64,000 nucleotides of DNA from Marinobacter sp. (lineage in GTDB: Bacteria; Pseudomonadota; Gammaproteobacteria; Pseudomonadales; Oleiphilaceae), in contig NZ_JBLXHQ010000005.1 in NCBI RefSeq assembly GCF_048259445.1, positions 84,933-148,932 on the forward strand, written 5' to 3'. Position 1 is the first letter of the stretch. Every line of letters begins with the position of its first letter. Shown here in pieces: positions 45,428 to 56,151 of this stretch. The position numbers and the translations under genes are program-made. The notes beneath the pieces were generated by a model. That model ran no database searches. It was not told where the DNA came from and saw only the letters and a program-made list of their open reading frames with translations.

Positions 45428-46489
45428 TTATGATACGCTCTCCTCCAGAATCAATGCCACCAAATCCGCTGCCGATAACTCACGCGCCAAGGGCGCGCCC
45501 TGCCCGGCCCATTGCGCGGCGAACTCATGGCTTCCGAGTTTGGAAGCCGCACCATTGAGGCGCTTGGCTACGTCGTAAGCTAGCGGATAATCCGCTGGCG
45601 GTGGGCTGCCTTTGGCTTCACCGAACGAAATGAGCCGATTGACGATCCCACGCGCCGGCCTGCCGGAGAGCACTTTGGTTAATCGTGTTTCCGATGCCCT
45701 CTCGCTCTTCAGTGCCGCCCGGTAGGCTTCATTTGCGGCGGACTCGGGACACAGAACAAATGCTGTCCCAAGCTGAACCGCAGCCGCACCGGATGCCAGC
45801 GCCGCTTTCATTGCGAAACCGTCCATGATTCCGCCCGCTGCGATGATTGGCAGGGTTGTCTGGCGGGATAACAACCGGACAAGAGCCAAAGTGCTCAGGC
45901 CTTCATCTGTTACTTCAGGATTGAAAATCCCTCTGTGTCCGCCGGCTTCAATTCCCTGTGCCACAATGGCATCGATGCCAGCGGCTTCAATCTTCGCGGC
46001 CTCACCCGGGCTCGTAGCCGTCGCCATGGTAAAGACCCCTGCCCCTTTCAGTGCAGAAAGGCATTCCGGCGATGGAATACCAAAGTGAAAGCTGACAACC
46101 GCCGGTTTAAGTTCAAGCAGCATTTGGAACGTTTCGTCGTCTTCAACAAACGATGTGTAGATTTCACTGAGTGCATCCGGTGGCTCTATACCCGCTTCAG
46201 CGAACAAAGGTGCCAGATACTGCACCCAGCCCATCTCCAACGCTGCATCACGACGCGCAGGCTGATGACAGAACACATTCACATTGAAAGGCCCGGAGGT
46301 CAGAGACTGGGTCTGTTCGATCATCGCTCGAGCCTGGGCTGGTGTGCTGGCTCCGATTCCCAGGGAACCCAGCCCACCGGAGTTGGTCACGGCAGCAGCC
46401 AGTTCGGGCGTTGCTACACCGGCCATCGGTGCCTGAACAATCGGGTGAGCAATGCCCAGTTGTTCCAGTAATTTCTCACGCAAATTCAT
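45428..46489 (-). CDS. Nitronate monooxygenase (NMO, FMN-dependent)
   Basis: PIVQAPMAGV and GIEAGGHRG. ATG at 46487-46489 with an AGGAG SD. Confidence 0.75.
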   Translation of the reverse strand: MNLREKLLEQLGIAHPIVQAPMAGVATPELAAAVTNSGGLGSLGIGASTPAQARAMIEQTQSLTSGPFNVNVFCHQPARRDAALEMGWVQYLAPLFAEAGIEPPDALSEIYTSFVEDDETFQMLLELKPAVVSFHFGIPSPECLSALKGAGVFTMATATSPGEAAKIEAAGIDAIVAQGIEAGGHRGIFNPEVTDEGLSTLALVRLLSRQTTLPIIAAGGIMDGFAMKAALASGAAAVQLGTAFVLCPESAANEAYRAALKSERASETRLTKVLSGRPARGIVNRLISFGEAKGSPPPADYPLAYDVAKRLNGAASKLGSHEFAAQWAGQGAPLARELSAADLVALILEESVS

Positions 46490-46723
46490 AAAAGTCTCCT
46501 TGCTGGGTACTGGCTGAAAACCATGCATCGTCCGGAAATCAGGTCACCTGATCACAGATGTCCGGAAAAGCATACAAGCGTGTCTGACAAATCGGACACG
46601 CCGGCTTGTCATAAAAGATGAAAAATAATAAATAACAAACACCTAGCGGTATGGTGCACTTCTTGCTGTCAGGCATTGGGCCAACAACCCTTTCCATACC
46701 CAAAACAAAAACAAGGACATTAC

Positions 46724-47689
46724 ATGCGTCTGCTTATTCTAGCCTTACTCCTCGTAAGCCCGTTGTGTTTCAGCAAGACCGTGGTCGTCATAGAAAGCTA
46801 TCACAAAGAATATAAATGGGATGCCGACTATCTCGTTGCCATCGAATCGGTACTGGGAGCAGAACATGATATCCACGTTCTGGCTCTGGATACCAAACGC
46901 CTGCCGAAGTCTGAGTGGGCACAACAGGTTGCTAGCATTCAAAAGTCGGTGGCCGAAATCAAACCGGATGTTGCCATCCTGGGTGATGACAATGCCTTCT
47001 CACTGATGGCACAGCATCTTGTCGATCAGAATATCCCGGTTGTTTTTTTCGGTGTAAACGGCACCACCGTGCAACATCCTGCCCTCGAACACCCATTGGT
47101 CACAGGAGTTCTGGAGCGTCCATTTTTTGAGCAAAGCATCCGTCATTTGCGCAAGGTTCTGCGGCAAAGAGAGCGATTTTTAATTCTGATGGATGACTCG
47201 ATTACCATGCGCAATGCGGTCAATGACTACTTTGGAGACAAGCGCCAGGCTGAGCTTTACGGCTCTCGAATCGATATCGTGCTTACCAATGACAAAGAAA
47301 CCTGGTTGAGCACAGCAGAAACAGCATACATCGAGTACGACGCCATAATTGTAGGCACTCACCATACAATCAGGGACACTGAAAATAACTACATACAGCC
47401 AAAAGAGCTGATAAATCAGGCGTACATCAGCTCACCGATCCCGATTTTTTCATTCTGGGACATCTCTATCGGGGCGCAGGAAGCTCTGGGTGGCTTTACA
47501 ATTTCAGCGTACCAGGAGGGTGTTACCGGTGCCCGGTTAGCATCGCTGATTCTCAACGGAATAAAGCCAGATCGCATACCACAGGTCAAATCTCTAAGCG
47601 GGCATTACGTGTACAGCAAAAGTGGAATGGCGCACTGGAATATCAAGCTCTCGCCATTAATCGCCAGCCAGGCAAATTTCATTGAATAG
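46724..47689 (+). CDS. Periplasmic substrate-binding-like protein (ABC_sub_bind-like)
   Basis: Signal peptide MRLLILALLLVSPLCFS and an alternating alpha/beta PBP-like pattern. No transporter genes adjacent. Confidence 0.4.
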   Translation: MRLLILALLLVSPLCFSKTVVVIESYHKEYKWDADYLVAIESVLGAEHDIHVLALDTKRLPKSEWAQQVASIQKSVAEIKPDVAILGDDNAFSLMAQHLVDQNIPVVFFGVNGTTVQHPALEHPLVTGVLERPFFEQSIRHLRKVLRQRERFLILMDDSITMRNAVNDYFGDKRQAELYGSRIDIVLTNDKETWLSTAETAYIEYDAIIVGTHHTIRDTENNYIQPKELINQAYISSPIPIFSFWDISIGAQEALGGFTISAYQEGVTGARLASLILNGIKPDRIPQVKSLSGHYVYSKSGMAHWNIKLSPLIASQANFIE

Positions 47690-47930
47690 TGACTTCAGCA
47701 TAGTACGAGTCACCACGGTTATTCTGTTTAGCGACGGCTGCATTAAGGCCGTCGTCAAGTTGCATTATTATTGGCGTCTTTGACAAACCGCTAATAACAG
47801 ACAATGGTTCAGAGGTATAGCATGATCGAAAGCCAAGGAGCGTTTAAAACGCATTAAGTGCCCGAGACATCAAAAGGCCACTGTAAATGCACATTGCTCC
47901 CCAATCGGATACACCGTGGGATTTTCGCGA

Positions 47931-48899
47931 ATGACCTTTGCACGCATTGCCGGTACTGGTTCTTACCTGCCAGAGAATATTGTTTCCAATAAAGACCTTG
48001 AAAAAATGGTCGACACCACAGACAAGTGGATCCGTGAGCGCACCGGAATCGAACAACGGCATATTGCCGTGGAGGGCCAGACAACTGTAGATCTGGCCGA
48101 ACAGGCTGCTCTAAATGCCATAGAAGCTGCTGGCATTGATGCCAGCGATATTGACCTGATCATTTTTGCCACCTCCACTCCCGACAAGATTTTTCCGAGT
48201 TCTGCCTGCATTCTGCAAGCCAGGCTTGGTATCCGTGGCTGCCCCGCTTTCGACATACAAGCGGTATGCAGTGGTTTTGTCTACGCTCTCTCGGTTGCTG
48301 ACAAGTTCATAAAGACCGGCAGCAGTAAAAAAGCGCTGGTTATCGGCGCCGAAGTTTTCTCCCGCATCATAGACTGGTCAGATCGAGGCACCTGCGTGCT
48401 GTTCGGGGATGGCGCGGGCGCTGTGATTCTTGAAGCGCATGAAGAGACCGGAATACTTTCCACTCACATTCACGCAGACGGTAAGTACGAAAAACTCCTC
48501 CATGTTCCCTGCGGCATTGCCGATGGCTACGATCAGGTAAAAGCCGGGCTGGCCTTCGTGGAAATGAAAGGTAATGAAGTCTTCAAGGTTGCCGTGAATA
48601 CCCTGGGCAAGATTGTGGACGAGACCCTTGCTGCAAATCAGATGAAAAAGTCTGATATCGACTGGCTGGTGCCCCACCAGGCCAACCTTCGGATCATTTC
48701 CGCCACCGCAAAAAAGCTGAATATGTCGATGGACCAGGTGGTCGTTACTGTCAACGAACATGGTAATACCTCCGCTGCGTCTATTCCTCTGGCTCTGGAT
48801 GTTGCCGTAAGAGACGGGCGTATCCAGCGCAATGAAGTTATTTTGCTTGAAGCGTTTGGCGGCGGGTTTACCTGGGGTTCAGCACTGTTACGTTATTAA
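47931..48899 (+). CDS. fabH: 3-oxoacyl-ACP synthase III
   Basis: [20 protein letters not shown] (active-site Cys), HQAN, GNTSAAS. Confidence 0.85.
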   Translation: MTFARIAGTGSYLPENIVSNKDLEKMVDTTDKWIRERTGIEQRHIAVEGQTTVDLAEQAALNAIEAAGIDASDIDLIIFATSTPDKIFPSSACILQARLGIRGCPAFDIQAVCSGFVYALSVADKFIKTGSSKKALVIGAEVFSRIIDWSDRGTCVLFGDGAGAVILEAHEETGILSTHIHADGKYEKLLHVPCGIADGYDQVKAGLAFVEMKGNEVFKVAVNTLGKIVDETLAANQMKKSDIDWLVPHQANLRIISATAKKLNMSMDQVVVTVNEHGNTSAASIPLALDVAVRDGRIQRNEVILLEAFGGGFTWGSALLRY

Positions 48900-48980
48900 C
48901 AGGCGTTATTTAATAGCCCTCCGGGCGGACTGATTGCTTTTACTGCAATTGGGTATATTTCTCAGTGACAGTCAGATACA

Positions 48981-48996
48981 CTGTGTTTTTATACAG
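48981..48996 (+). promoter_or_regulatory. LexA (SOS) box CTGT-N8-ACAG
   Basis: ACTGTGTTTTTATACAGT lies about 25 nt upstream of the yebG start. Confidence 0.65.
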
Positions 48997-49020
48997 TAAA
49001 GCAGACATTCACTGCGAGGA

Positions 49021-49299
49021 ATGACCATGGCGGTACAAGCAGTCTATTTTTCCGATAGGGACGGCCTGGATATGGCATTAAAAAACCCTGACACCATGCT
49101 TTTCACATCAAAAGCAGACGCCGATGCCCGGGATAAAATACTGGAACTGGCGGAAGAAATTCAGGTTTTTCTGGCGCGGAAGGTTGAAGGCCTGGGCGAT
49201 GATATGGCCGAAAAGTGCGCCATGGCCATCGCCGAGGACAAAGATCTCTTTCAGAAAGCTCTGAAAAAGCCGGATGTTCTGAACGCTGCTCAGGATTAA
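49021..49299 (+). CDS. yebG: DNA damage-inducible protein YebG
   Basis: FTSKADADARDKILELAEE matches the FTSK..ADA.DK.L..A pattern of E. coli YebG as recalled. LexA box upstream. Confidence 0.65.
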   Translation: MTMAVQAVYFSDRDGLDMALKNPDTMLFTSKADADARDKILELAEEIQVFLARKVEGLGDDMAEKCAMAIAEDKDLFQKALKKPDVLNAAQD

Positions 49300-51824
49300 C
49301 CTGAGCAGCAGTGCCAAACGCCCTTATCAAACCGCTCCTGCCCGCCCCCGGGCAGTGTTCTGTGCAGCCACAACCATTGATTATTTACTAACCGTGCAAT
49401 GTCCGGCTGGCGTTCAACAATTGCTTCAATGCGCTCTCTCGGCGCATCAATCAGCACGGTGAGACGAAGCGGTTCATGGCGCCAGTAGATACCATCGTGT
49501 ACAGACTGCAGTGGCAAGCCAATACGCAGATCTGTGCCATTTCCTTCGATAACACCAAGGTTTCCGCCCACCACTGAGTGCAACAGCTTGTTTCCTGCAC
49601 CATAGACTTCAGGAACCGTAACCGACGCGAAATACTGCAGGTTGATCCAGTTAGCGACCATCATGGGCGCCGACATCAGTGCCTCCAGAACCTGGCCTCC
49701 GGTGTCCAGCTCAGGGTCATAGTCATGGAGAAAAACCCTGCCCGCGAGGTTTTTCCCCCGGGTTAAATCCCTCTTTGCGAATATGATGGCGGCATTGTTT
49801 GCAAGGCCCCACTCTGGCCGAACCTCGGACCAGTCCACGGCTCTTTTGTGCATGGCCGCCAGCAATTCTTTGTCGTCAAGCCCATTGAGCTTCAACGGTG
49901 TAGCTCTTTCTTTTCTTGCTTCTCGTCCGGCGTTGAGAAAAGAGGCCTGCAACTCTGCAAGCAATACTTGGTGAGATGCAGGTACCGACTCCTGATCAAA
50001 TATCGTGATTTCATCCGTTACCGTGCAATGCTCTGCCGCCACAGCCCAGGTTGAATCCGGTATATGAATGCCCTCTGCAGCCAGTCCTTCGCGCACTTCC
50101 ACTTCATTAAAGAGTGCAGCAGCCAGCCGCGCATTTACACCGCCACTCTGGCCACCGCAAGCACCACAGGCCATACCCGCATGGTTGGGGTTATTGTCTG
50201 TTTGTGTGCCATGGCCAACAAACATGAGTATGGGAGCAAAGTTGCCGGTCAGTGACATTCCCTGCAAAAAGCCTGCAACCAGCTTAACCTTCTCGGGTGT
50301 TGCCAGAGGGTCGCCTCCGAGATGGTGCACCAGGGTCCCTGCAAGCGAACCGGGCTTTTCAGGCTTCCGATGTTTTTTCTGATGGAGACTGTCTTTGAAC
50401 AGCTTCCAGGCCCATGCAAGGCCCGTTGTCTCCACCAGAGTAAAGGTCGAAAGACTGCTGTATTTGGCGTTGCGTACGGATTCGCGGGTTATTTCCCGCT
50501 GATCAAGTTCGCGATTCAACGCATTGTCGCTTTCGAAACTGCCCTCGGTGTCGATAAGACGGTACGCAGGTGCCAGCAGCCCGGGTAATCTCTGCACCTC
50601 TGAAAAGGGGCCATGGCTTTGATGTGAAACCGGCAAACCAAAGAAACCTGCAAAGCCCAGCGTTTGTATCTTCGGGTTGTCATTTTCCAGATGGCGTCTC
50701 ATAACCTCAGAGCGCACATCGATACAGAAAACCGCCTGAACGTCCGCTCCAGCTTCTTTCAGTTCGGCACCGGCGTCTCTGTCGACATCTTTTCGAGAGT
50801 TCTCACCCAGTATCTGCACAAGCTTGCGCTGGTACCCAATCTCGTATGCACGCTGCCAGATCCACAGCAGTTTTTCTTCAGGGTCGTTCGCAGCATCCAC
50901 AACACTGCCGCCATCGAAGGCGTTAACCTTTACTGTCTGGCGAATTTTTTTCCATGCTTCTGCTCTGGCTGCAACCTGATCCGCCGCGGCACACTCAATA
51001 GCAACAGACTCCCATACCAGCAATACGGAGAGCAGAGATTCCCTCGCGTCGGAGTCATCGCCAGCAAGCCCTGCGCGCCAGTCCATGCCACTGCTCCACG
51101 AGGCCCAGCCAAGCAAACGCATCAACAGGTTATGGCAAAGCATCTCCAGGTCGTCAGCATTCAGGTTAATCAGGCCAACAGCTCTTTCTACCGCTTCTGT
51201 CCGGCTCACAGGGAGTGCTTTGATCCGTTTTCGAGCTCCGGCAATGCCTGTTCTATAATCCAGTGAAAGGTCCTGCTGGGCGGCCTCCAGCCAGAACTCA
51301 AAGAACCCTTTCTGGCCGTGCCGGCTGGAATCTGATGACCAGCGGGCCTGACGCGCGTCGAAGAAAGCGCCGCATAGCCGTCCGATCTCATCACATACCG
51401 CATCCGCCGCTTTGACGCCTTCGGCATTTTCCGGAAACACATCAAGAATTGAGAAGCCCAAGGGCTCTCTGGCAGTCTCTCCGCGCTTCAGCAAATCAAA
51501 CAATGGCTGAACTCCGGATGCAGTGCCGCTTTCTTCTTGGCTTTCTTCAAGGCTTGCCTGCAGATCTGAATCGGAAATCCTGCCGCCCTCCCAGGCCTCC
51601 CGGTAGAACGCCACGGGCATGAGGAATGAAAAGCCCGCCCTTTGCTCCAGCAATTGCTCGGCACGCTTTACCGGTTGGTCGCGTAGCCCCCAGAAAGGGT
51701 TGACGGCAATCCACTGATCCAGCGGCCAGATTGGTGCAATCAGTCCGCAGGCTCGTGTTATGGCGGTCTGCCAGTCAGTCTCATCCATAACGGTTGCAGA
51801 TACAGCTGCGTTGGACTCCATCAT
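49296..51824 (-). CDS. dabA: DabA (DUF2309) inorganic-carbon pump subunit
   Basis: 842 aa. HGTQTDNNPNHAGMACGACGGQSGGVNAR is the DUF2309 signature. ATGA-coupled to the NuoL-like partner. Confidence 0.75.
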   Translation of the reverse strand: MMESNAAVSATVMDETDWQTAITRACGLIAPIWPLDQWIAVNPFWGLRDQPVKRAEQLLEQRAGFSFLMPVAFYREAWEGGRISDSDLQASLEESQEESGTASGVQPLFDLLKRGETAREPLGFSILDVFPENAEGVKAADAVCDEIGRLCGAFFDARQARWSSDSSRHGQKGFFEFWLEAAQQDLSLDYRTGIAGARKRIKALPVSRTEAVERAVGLINLNADDLEMLCHNLLMRLLGWASWSSGMDWRAGLAGDDSDARESLLSVLLVWESVAIECAAADQVAARAEAWKKIRQTVKVNAFDGGSVVDAANDPEEKLLWIWQRAYEIGYQRKLVQILGENSRKDVDRDAGAELKEAGADVQAVFCIDVRSEVMRRHLENDNPKIQTLGFAGFFGLPVSHQSHGPFSEVQRLPGLLAPAYRLIDTEGSFESDNALNRELDQREITRESVRNAKYSSLSTFTLVETTGLAWAWKLFKDSLHQKKHRKPEKPGSLAGTLVHHLGGDPLATPEKVKLVAGFLQGMSLTGNFAPILMFVGHGTQTDNNPNHAGMACGACGGQSGGVNARLAAALFNEVEVREGLAAEGIHIPDSTWAVAAEHCTVTDEITIFDQESVPASHQVLLAELQASFLNAGREARKERATPLKLNGLDDKELLAAMHKRAVDWSEVRPEWGLANNAAIIFAKRDLTRGKNLAGRVFLHDYDPELDTGGQVLEALMSAPMMVANWINLQYFASVTVPEVYGAGNKLLHSVVGGNLGVIEGNGTDLRIGLPLQSVHDGIYWRHEPLRLTVLIDAPRERIEAIVERQPDIARLVNNQWLWLHRTLPGGGQERFDKGVWHCCSG

Positions 51825-53440
51825 GATCTTTTCTCCACGGTAAACGGATGATGGGGGATTCTCTTGAGGATGCCCGGGGCGTTCAGTGCTTCGGACGCCA
51901 GGCGACGGGTAATCCGGTCAAACATCAGTTCGAGGTAAAGACCCTTGCTGAAGTGACGCCACAGGTTGCTCGTAAACCGGTTACGACCACCCTGCATTAT
52001 CAATCCCGAGACAGTGACCAGCGCAATCAGGAGGCCAAGCGCAATGGCGTAGGCGACCAGAGGAGCCTCGAAGTTTGCATGCTCAGGCACGGCAGGGCCG
52101 ACCAGCGCATGGAGCACGCCATAAGCAGGAACCAGAAGCAGTGCAAGCACGGCAATTCGGGTTTTTGATACAAGGGTCGCACCCGCCGGCACGGCCATCA
52201 CCGCACTTGATACCGCGAGTACCAGCAAGGCGCCAAACACCAGGTTTCCTTCCACCAGGCCGGGAACCTGCAGCAGGATCAGCGCTGCCAAACCACCAGT
52301 CAGAAGTGCCCATAACAGCCTTGCCGAAGAACGCTGTTGGGCAAAGATACCAACCGCAGACGCTTTGACGGTTCTGCCGGAGGCGAGAAACGAATGCGCT
52401 TTGTATAGTGAATGTGCCAACAGGTGCAAGAGAGCGAGAGTGTAGGCTCCCATACCGATTTCAAAGAGCATGAACCCCATTTGCGCGCAGGTAGACCACG
52501 CAAGGGCGTGCTTTACTGAATACTGGGTCATCATGGTCAATACTGCGATTACTGCGGTAAGCCCGCCGATGGTCAGAAGAATCAGATGCCCGGCCGTGAA
52601 ACCGTCGAACACCGGAAAAAGACGCAGCCAGAGAAATCCGCCCAGGTTGATGACCCCTGCGTGCAACAGAGCGGATACCGGGGTCGGTGCTTCCATGACC
52701 CGCAATAGCCAGCCGTGAAACGGAATCTGGGCACACTTGAGAATGGCGGCCAGGGCCAGGGCCACAGAGGCAAGAGTCAGAGTCGAGGACGACGACGGCG
52801 AAGCGCTTTGCGCCTGGATCATATCTGGCAGGAAAAAGGTGCCGTGATGGAGGTACAGCATGACCACACCTGCTACCACAAGCGCGTCCCCTGCCCGGCT
52901 GACAATGAACTTCTGAACGGCGGCCATCCGCGCCTGCGGCCGTTCCGGGTAGAGGGTAAGAAGCTGGTGCAGTGAAATACTCACACCAACCCAGGCACCG
53001 GCAAGCACCAGTAGGTTGTTGGTCATAACCAGTACCAGTACACAGGCTATGGTCAATAAAAACCAGGGCAGGAAGCGCTCACGACCGGGATCACCCCGGA
53101 GATAACGTTCGGAAAAACGCAGGATTACCCAGCCCACAAACCCGACCATCACCGCCATCCAGGCAGCCACGCCCGTGGGGAACAAACCCAGCCATCGACC
53201 AGGAACCGTCAGCGAGCTAATCGACGAACCGCTCTGTAAGTCGACAAGAAGCATTGCGGCAATCAAAAGTGTGGCACCCATTGAGAAAACCAGCAGCTTT
53301 TCCGCCAGGCGCCAGCAGTGGTTCAGCTTCAGCGGGTTGCGGGTCCAGGCACTGAAACCGGCAAGCGCTAACAAAGCGGCAGGCGCCGCCAGCCAGGCCA
53401 CAAGAACCAGTGTCGATAAAAACAAAGCGAGGTCATTCAT
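51821..53440 (-). CDS. dabB: DabB, NuoL/MnhA-like proton-conducting membrane subunit
   Basis: Polytopic membrane protein with the Proton_antipo_M pattern (WLLRVMEAPTPVSALLHAGVINLGGF). Confidence 0.75.
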   Translation of the reverse strand: MNDLALFLSTLVLVAWLAAPAALLALAGFSAWTRNPLKLNHCWRLAEKLLVFSMGATLLIAAMLLVDLQSGSSISSLTVPGRWLGLFPTGVAAWMAVMVGFVGWVILRFSERYLRGDPGRERFLPWFLLTIACVLVLVMTNNLLVLAGAWVGVSISLHQLLTLYPERPQARMAAVQKFIVSRAGDALVVAGVVMLYLHHGTFFLPDMIQAQSASPSSSSTLTLASVALALAAILKCAQIPFHGWLLRVMEAPTPVSALLHAGVINLGGFLWLRLFPVFDGFTAGHLILLTIGGLTAVIAVLTMMTQYSVKHALAWSTCAQMGFMLFEIGMGAYTLALLHLLAHSLYKAHSFLASGRTVKASAVGIFAQQRSSARLLWALLTGGLAALILLQVPGLVEGNLVFGALLVLAVSSAVMAVPAGATLVSKTRIAVLALLLVPAYGVLHALVGPAVPEHANFEAPLVAYAIALGLLIALVTVSGLIMQGGRNRFTSNLWRHFSKGLYLELMFDRITRRLASEALNAPGILKRIPHHPFTVEKRS

Positions 53441-53583
53441 GGGTATTTTTCTCCTGATGTCTCTTTACTTACTTCCGGGAGTGCTTTCTTCCCACGTACT
53501 TTGCCGCTATTAGACTGATATAAAAAATGGTTTATACTGAACTTAATGTTCACTTTTAAAGAACGGTAAAAAGAGCCCCGAAC

Positions 53584-54477
53584 ATGAAACTCAACTATCA
53601 CCATCTTTATTACTTCTGGATGGTTGCCCGTACCGGTCACCTGACACGCACCGCAAACGCCCTGCACATCTCACAATCCGCACTGTCCGGGCAGATCCGC
53701 AAGCTGGAAGAAAGCCTTGGGCACGATCTGTTTATCCGTGAGGGTCGCCGCTTAAAGTTGTCTGAGGCGGGGAGGATGGCGTTTTCCTATGCCGAAGAAA
53801 TTTTCCGACAGGGCGAAGAGCTTTCTGCAGTATTTGCGTCGGGAACGCAGGTAAATCGGGAGACGTTGCGTATCGGAGCCGTGGCAACCTTGTCCAGAAA
53901 CTTTCAGGAGGCTTTCCTCCACCCGCTACTGGGGCGCGAAAACCTTGAGTTCAGCCTGCAAAGCAGTGATATTGACGAGCTGCTCAGGCGTTTGTCCGCC
54001 CACAGGCTTGATCTCATCCTTTCCAATCAGCCGGTGCGCGGTGATGAATCCAATCCCTGGCGTTCAAAGCTGATATCCAAGCAGCCTGTAAGCATTATCG
54101 GGCCGCCGGAAGCCGGCGAAAATGTCACCTTCCCGGACTTTCTGGAAGGTCGCAGCCTGATCGTTCCAGGCGCTGACAACAATATCCGGCAAGCCTTTGA
54201 TCAGCTCTGTGAATACCACAAAGTGCGCCCAAGGCTGGTCGCAGAAGTTGATGATATGGCCATGATGCGACTGCTGGCCCGAGATTCCGGACACTTCGCA
54301 GTTTTACCCCCGGTGGTGGTAAGGGATGAGCTCAGAAATGGAGATCTTTTTGATTACGGAGCTCTACCGGGGGTCTATGAGGAATTCTATGCAATCAGCA
54401 TTCGGCGCCAGTTTGAAAGCCCGGCCCTGCGGGAGTTGCTCTCACAGCCGGTGGAGGATTTCATGATGCGGCCATGA
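53584..54477 (+). CDS. LysR-family regulator (NhaR-like N-terminus), divergent from dabBA
   Basis: LNYHHLYYFWMVARTGHLTRTANALHISQSALSGQIRKLEESLG. Confidence 0.8.
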   Translation: MKLNYHHLYYFWMVARTGHLTRTANALHISQSALSGQIRKLEESLGHDLFIREGRRLKLSEAGRMAFSYAEEIFRQGEELSAVFASGTQVNRETLRIGAVATLSRNFQEAFLHPLLGRENLEFSLQSSDIDELLRRLSAHRLDLILSNQPVRGDESNPWRSKLISKQPVSIIGPPEAGENVTFPDFLEGRSLIVPGADNNIRQAFDQLCEYHKVRPRLVAEVDDMAMMRLLARDSGHFAVLPPVVVRDELRNGDLFDYGALPGVYEEFYAISIRRQFESPALRELLSQPVEDFMMRP

Positions 54478-54588
54478 GCTGATCATTCTGACTACCCACT
54501 TTGTCCTTAATAGCCATGACCCGGATTGCGCGGGATACGTACAATGAACAAGTCGTCATTATTATAATAAAAGGTTGGACCATCAGGT

Positions 54589-56070
54589 ATGACTCAGCAA
54601 AACAGCAGTACGCAGCCCTCAATCATTATTATCGGAACAGGATTTGGTGGCCTGGGCATGGCGATTCAACTGAAAGAAGCCGGCTTTGAACAGGTCACAT
54701 TGCTGGAAAAAGACAACCGCGTTGGTGGTACCTGGCGCGACAACACCTACCCCGGTGCAGCCTGCGATGTGCAATCGCATTTTTACTCCTACTCTTTCGA
54801 ACCAAAACACGATTGGTCTCGCAAATTCGGGCTTCAGCATGAGCTCCTGAGCTATATGGAACACTGCGTTGAAAAGTACGGCCTCGGGGAGCAGATCCGC
54901 TTTGACTGCGAAGTGGCTGAAGCGATATTCGACGACGCCCGTAATCTGTGGACACTGAGACTTGCCAGCGGAGAAACGCTTGAAGCGCAAGTGGTCATCA
55001 CCGCTACGGGCCAACTTAACCAGCCTGCATGGCCCGATATCGAGGGCATGGACGATTTCGAAGGCGCCTGTTTTCACTCAGCTCGCTGGAACCATGATTA
55101 CGATCTCAGGAACAAACGCGTTGCGGTTATCGGCACTGGAGCGAGCGCAATTCAGTTCGTGCCCGAAATTGCGGGCAAGGTTAAATCCCTTGCCCTGTTC
55201 CAGCGTTCGGCCGCATGGGTTCTGCCAAAACCAGACCGCGCCTTCAAACGTTGGGAACAAACCCTGTTCAAAACCATTCCCGCCTGGGACAGGCTATACC
55301 GCTATCTGATCTACTGGAAGAACGAGAGCCGGGGCCTGGCATTCACCGGTTTCAGCCGCCTGCTCAATATCTTTGCGCGGCAAGCCAGAAGAGAAGCCCG
55401 AAAGCACGTCACGAATACGGAAAAGCTCAAGCACATCATTCCGGATTATCAGATTGGCTGTAAACGAATTCTGATTTCCAATGACTGGTATCCGGCGATT
55501 AACCGGCCCAACCTGGACCTTGTCACTGATCCGATCGAAAAAATTGACCGCACTGGCGTTCAGACACAATCCGGCAAACATTACCCCGTTGACGCCATCA
55601 TATTTGGCACCGGCTTTCGTGCTTCAGAATTCCTGTCTCCGATTCGTGTAACCGGGCGCGGGGGCGTAACGCTGAACGAAGCCTGGCGAGATGGCGCTGT
55701 TGCCTTCAAAGGGATTACCGTTTCCGGCTTCCCGAACCTGTTTATGCTTTACGGGCCCAATACCAACCTGGCACATAACTCGATCCTGTACATGCTGGAA
55801 TCCCAGTTCAGATACGTACTTGGTTGCCTGAACGTTTTACAAAAGTACCCCGGTGCCGCGATGGACGTCCGGAAAGACCGCTTGAAACGCTATTCCAATG
55901 TCGTTCAAGAGGGACTTGAAGGCAGTGTGTGGAGCTCTGGTTGCAACTCCTGGTACCTGGACGCCAATGGTAAAAATACCCTGAACTGGCCTGGCTTCAC
56001 CTTTTCCTACCGTTTTTCCACGCGCCACGTCGACACTGCAGACTATCAACTGCTTGACCCGGCCGGGTAA
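54589..56070 (+). CDS. Baeyer-Villiger-type flavin monooxygenase
   Basis: GTGFGG (FAD), FEGACFHSARW (BVMO fingerprint FxGxxxHxxxW), GTGASA (NADP). Confidence 0.75.
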   Translation: MTQQNSSTQPSIIIIGTGFGGLGMAIQLKEAGFEQVTLLEKDNRVGGTWRDNTYPGAACDVQSHFYSYSFEPKHDWSRKFGLQHELLSYMEHCVEKYGLGEQIRFDCEVAEAIFDDARNLWTLRLASGETLEAQVVITATGQLNQPAWPDIEGMDDFEGACFHSARWNHDYDLRNKRVAVIGTGASAIQFVPEIAGKVKSLALFQRSAAWVLPKPDRAFKRWEQTLFKTIPAWDRLYRYLIYWKNESRGLAFTGFSRLLNIFARQARREARKHVTNTEKLKHIIPDYQIGCKRILISNDWYPAINRPNLDLVTDPIEKIDRTGVQTQSGKHYPVDAIIFGTGFRASEFLSPIRVTGRGGVTLNEAWRDGAVAFKGITVSGFPNLFMLYGPNTNLAHNSILYMLESQFRYVLGCLNVLQKYPGAAMDVRKDRLKRYSNVVQEGLEGSVWSSGCNSWYLDANGKNTLNWPGFTFSYRFSTRHVDTADYQLLDPAG

Positions 56071-56151
56071 TACCCGGCTTGAGCTTCAGAAGTTGCATAG
56101 CGTGCAAATACATAGGATGATTGGATGATCATATAAACGGATGATAGGTCC

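Noticed and set aside
46156-46166. 11-mer TGTAGATTTCA identical to the selO-proximal terminus
   Set aside because: It lies inside the well-supported nitronate monooxygenase coding region with no flanking end-like repeats. I judged it coincidental.
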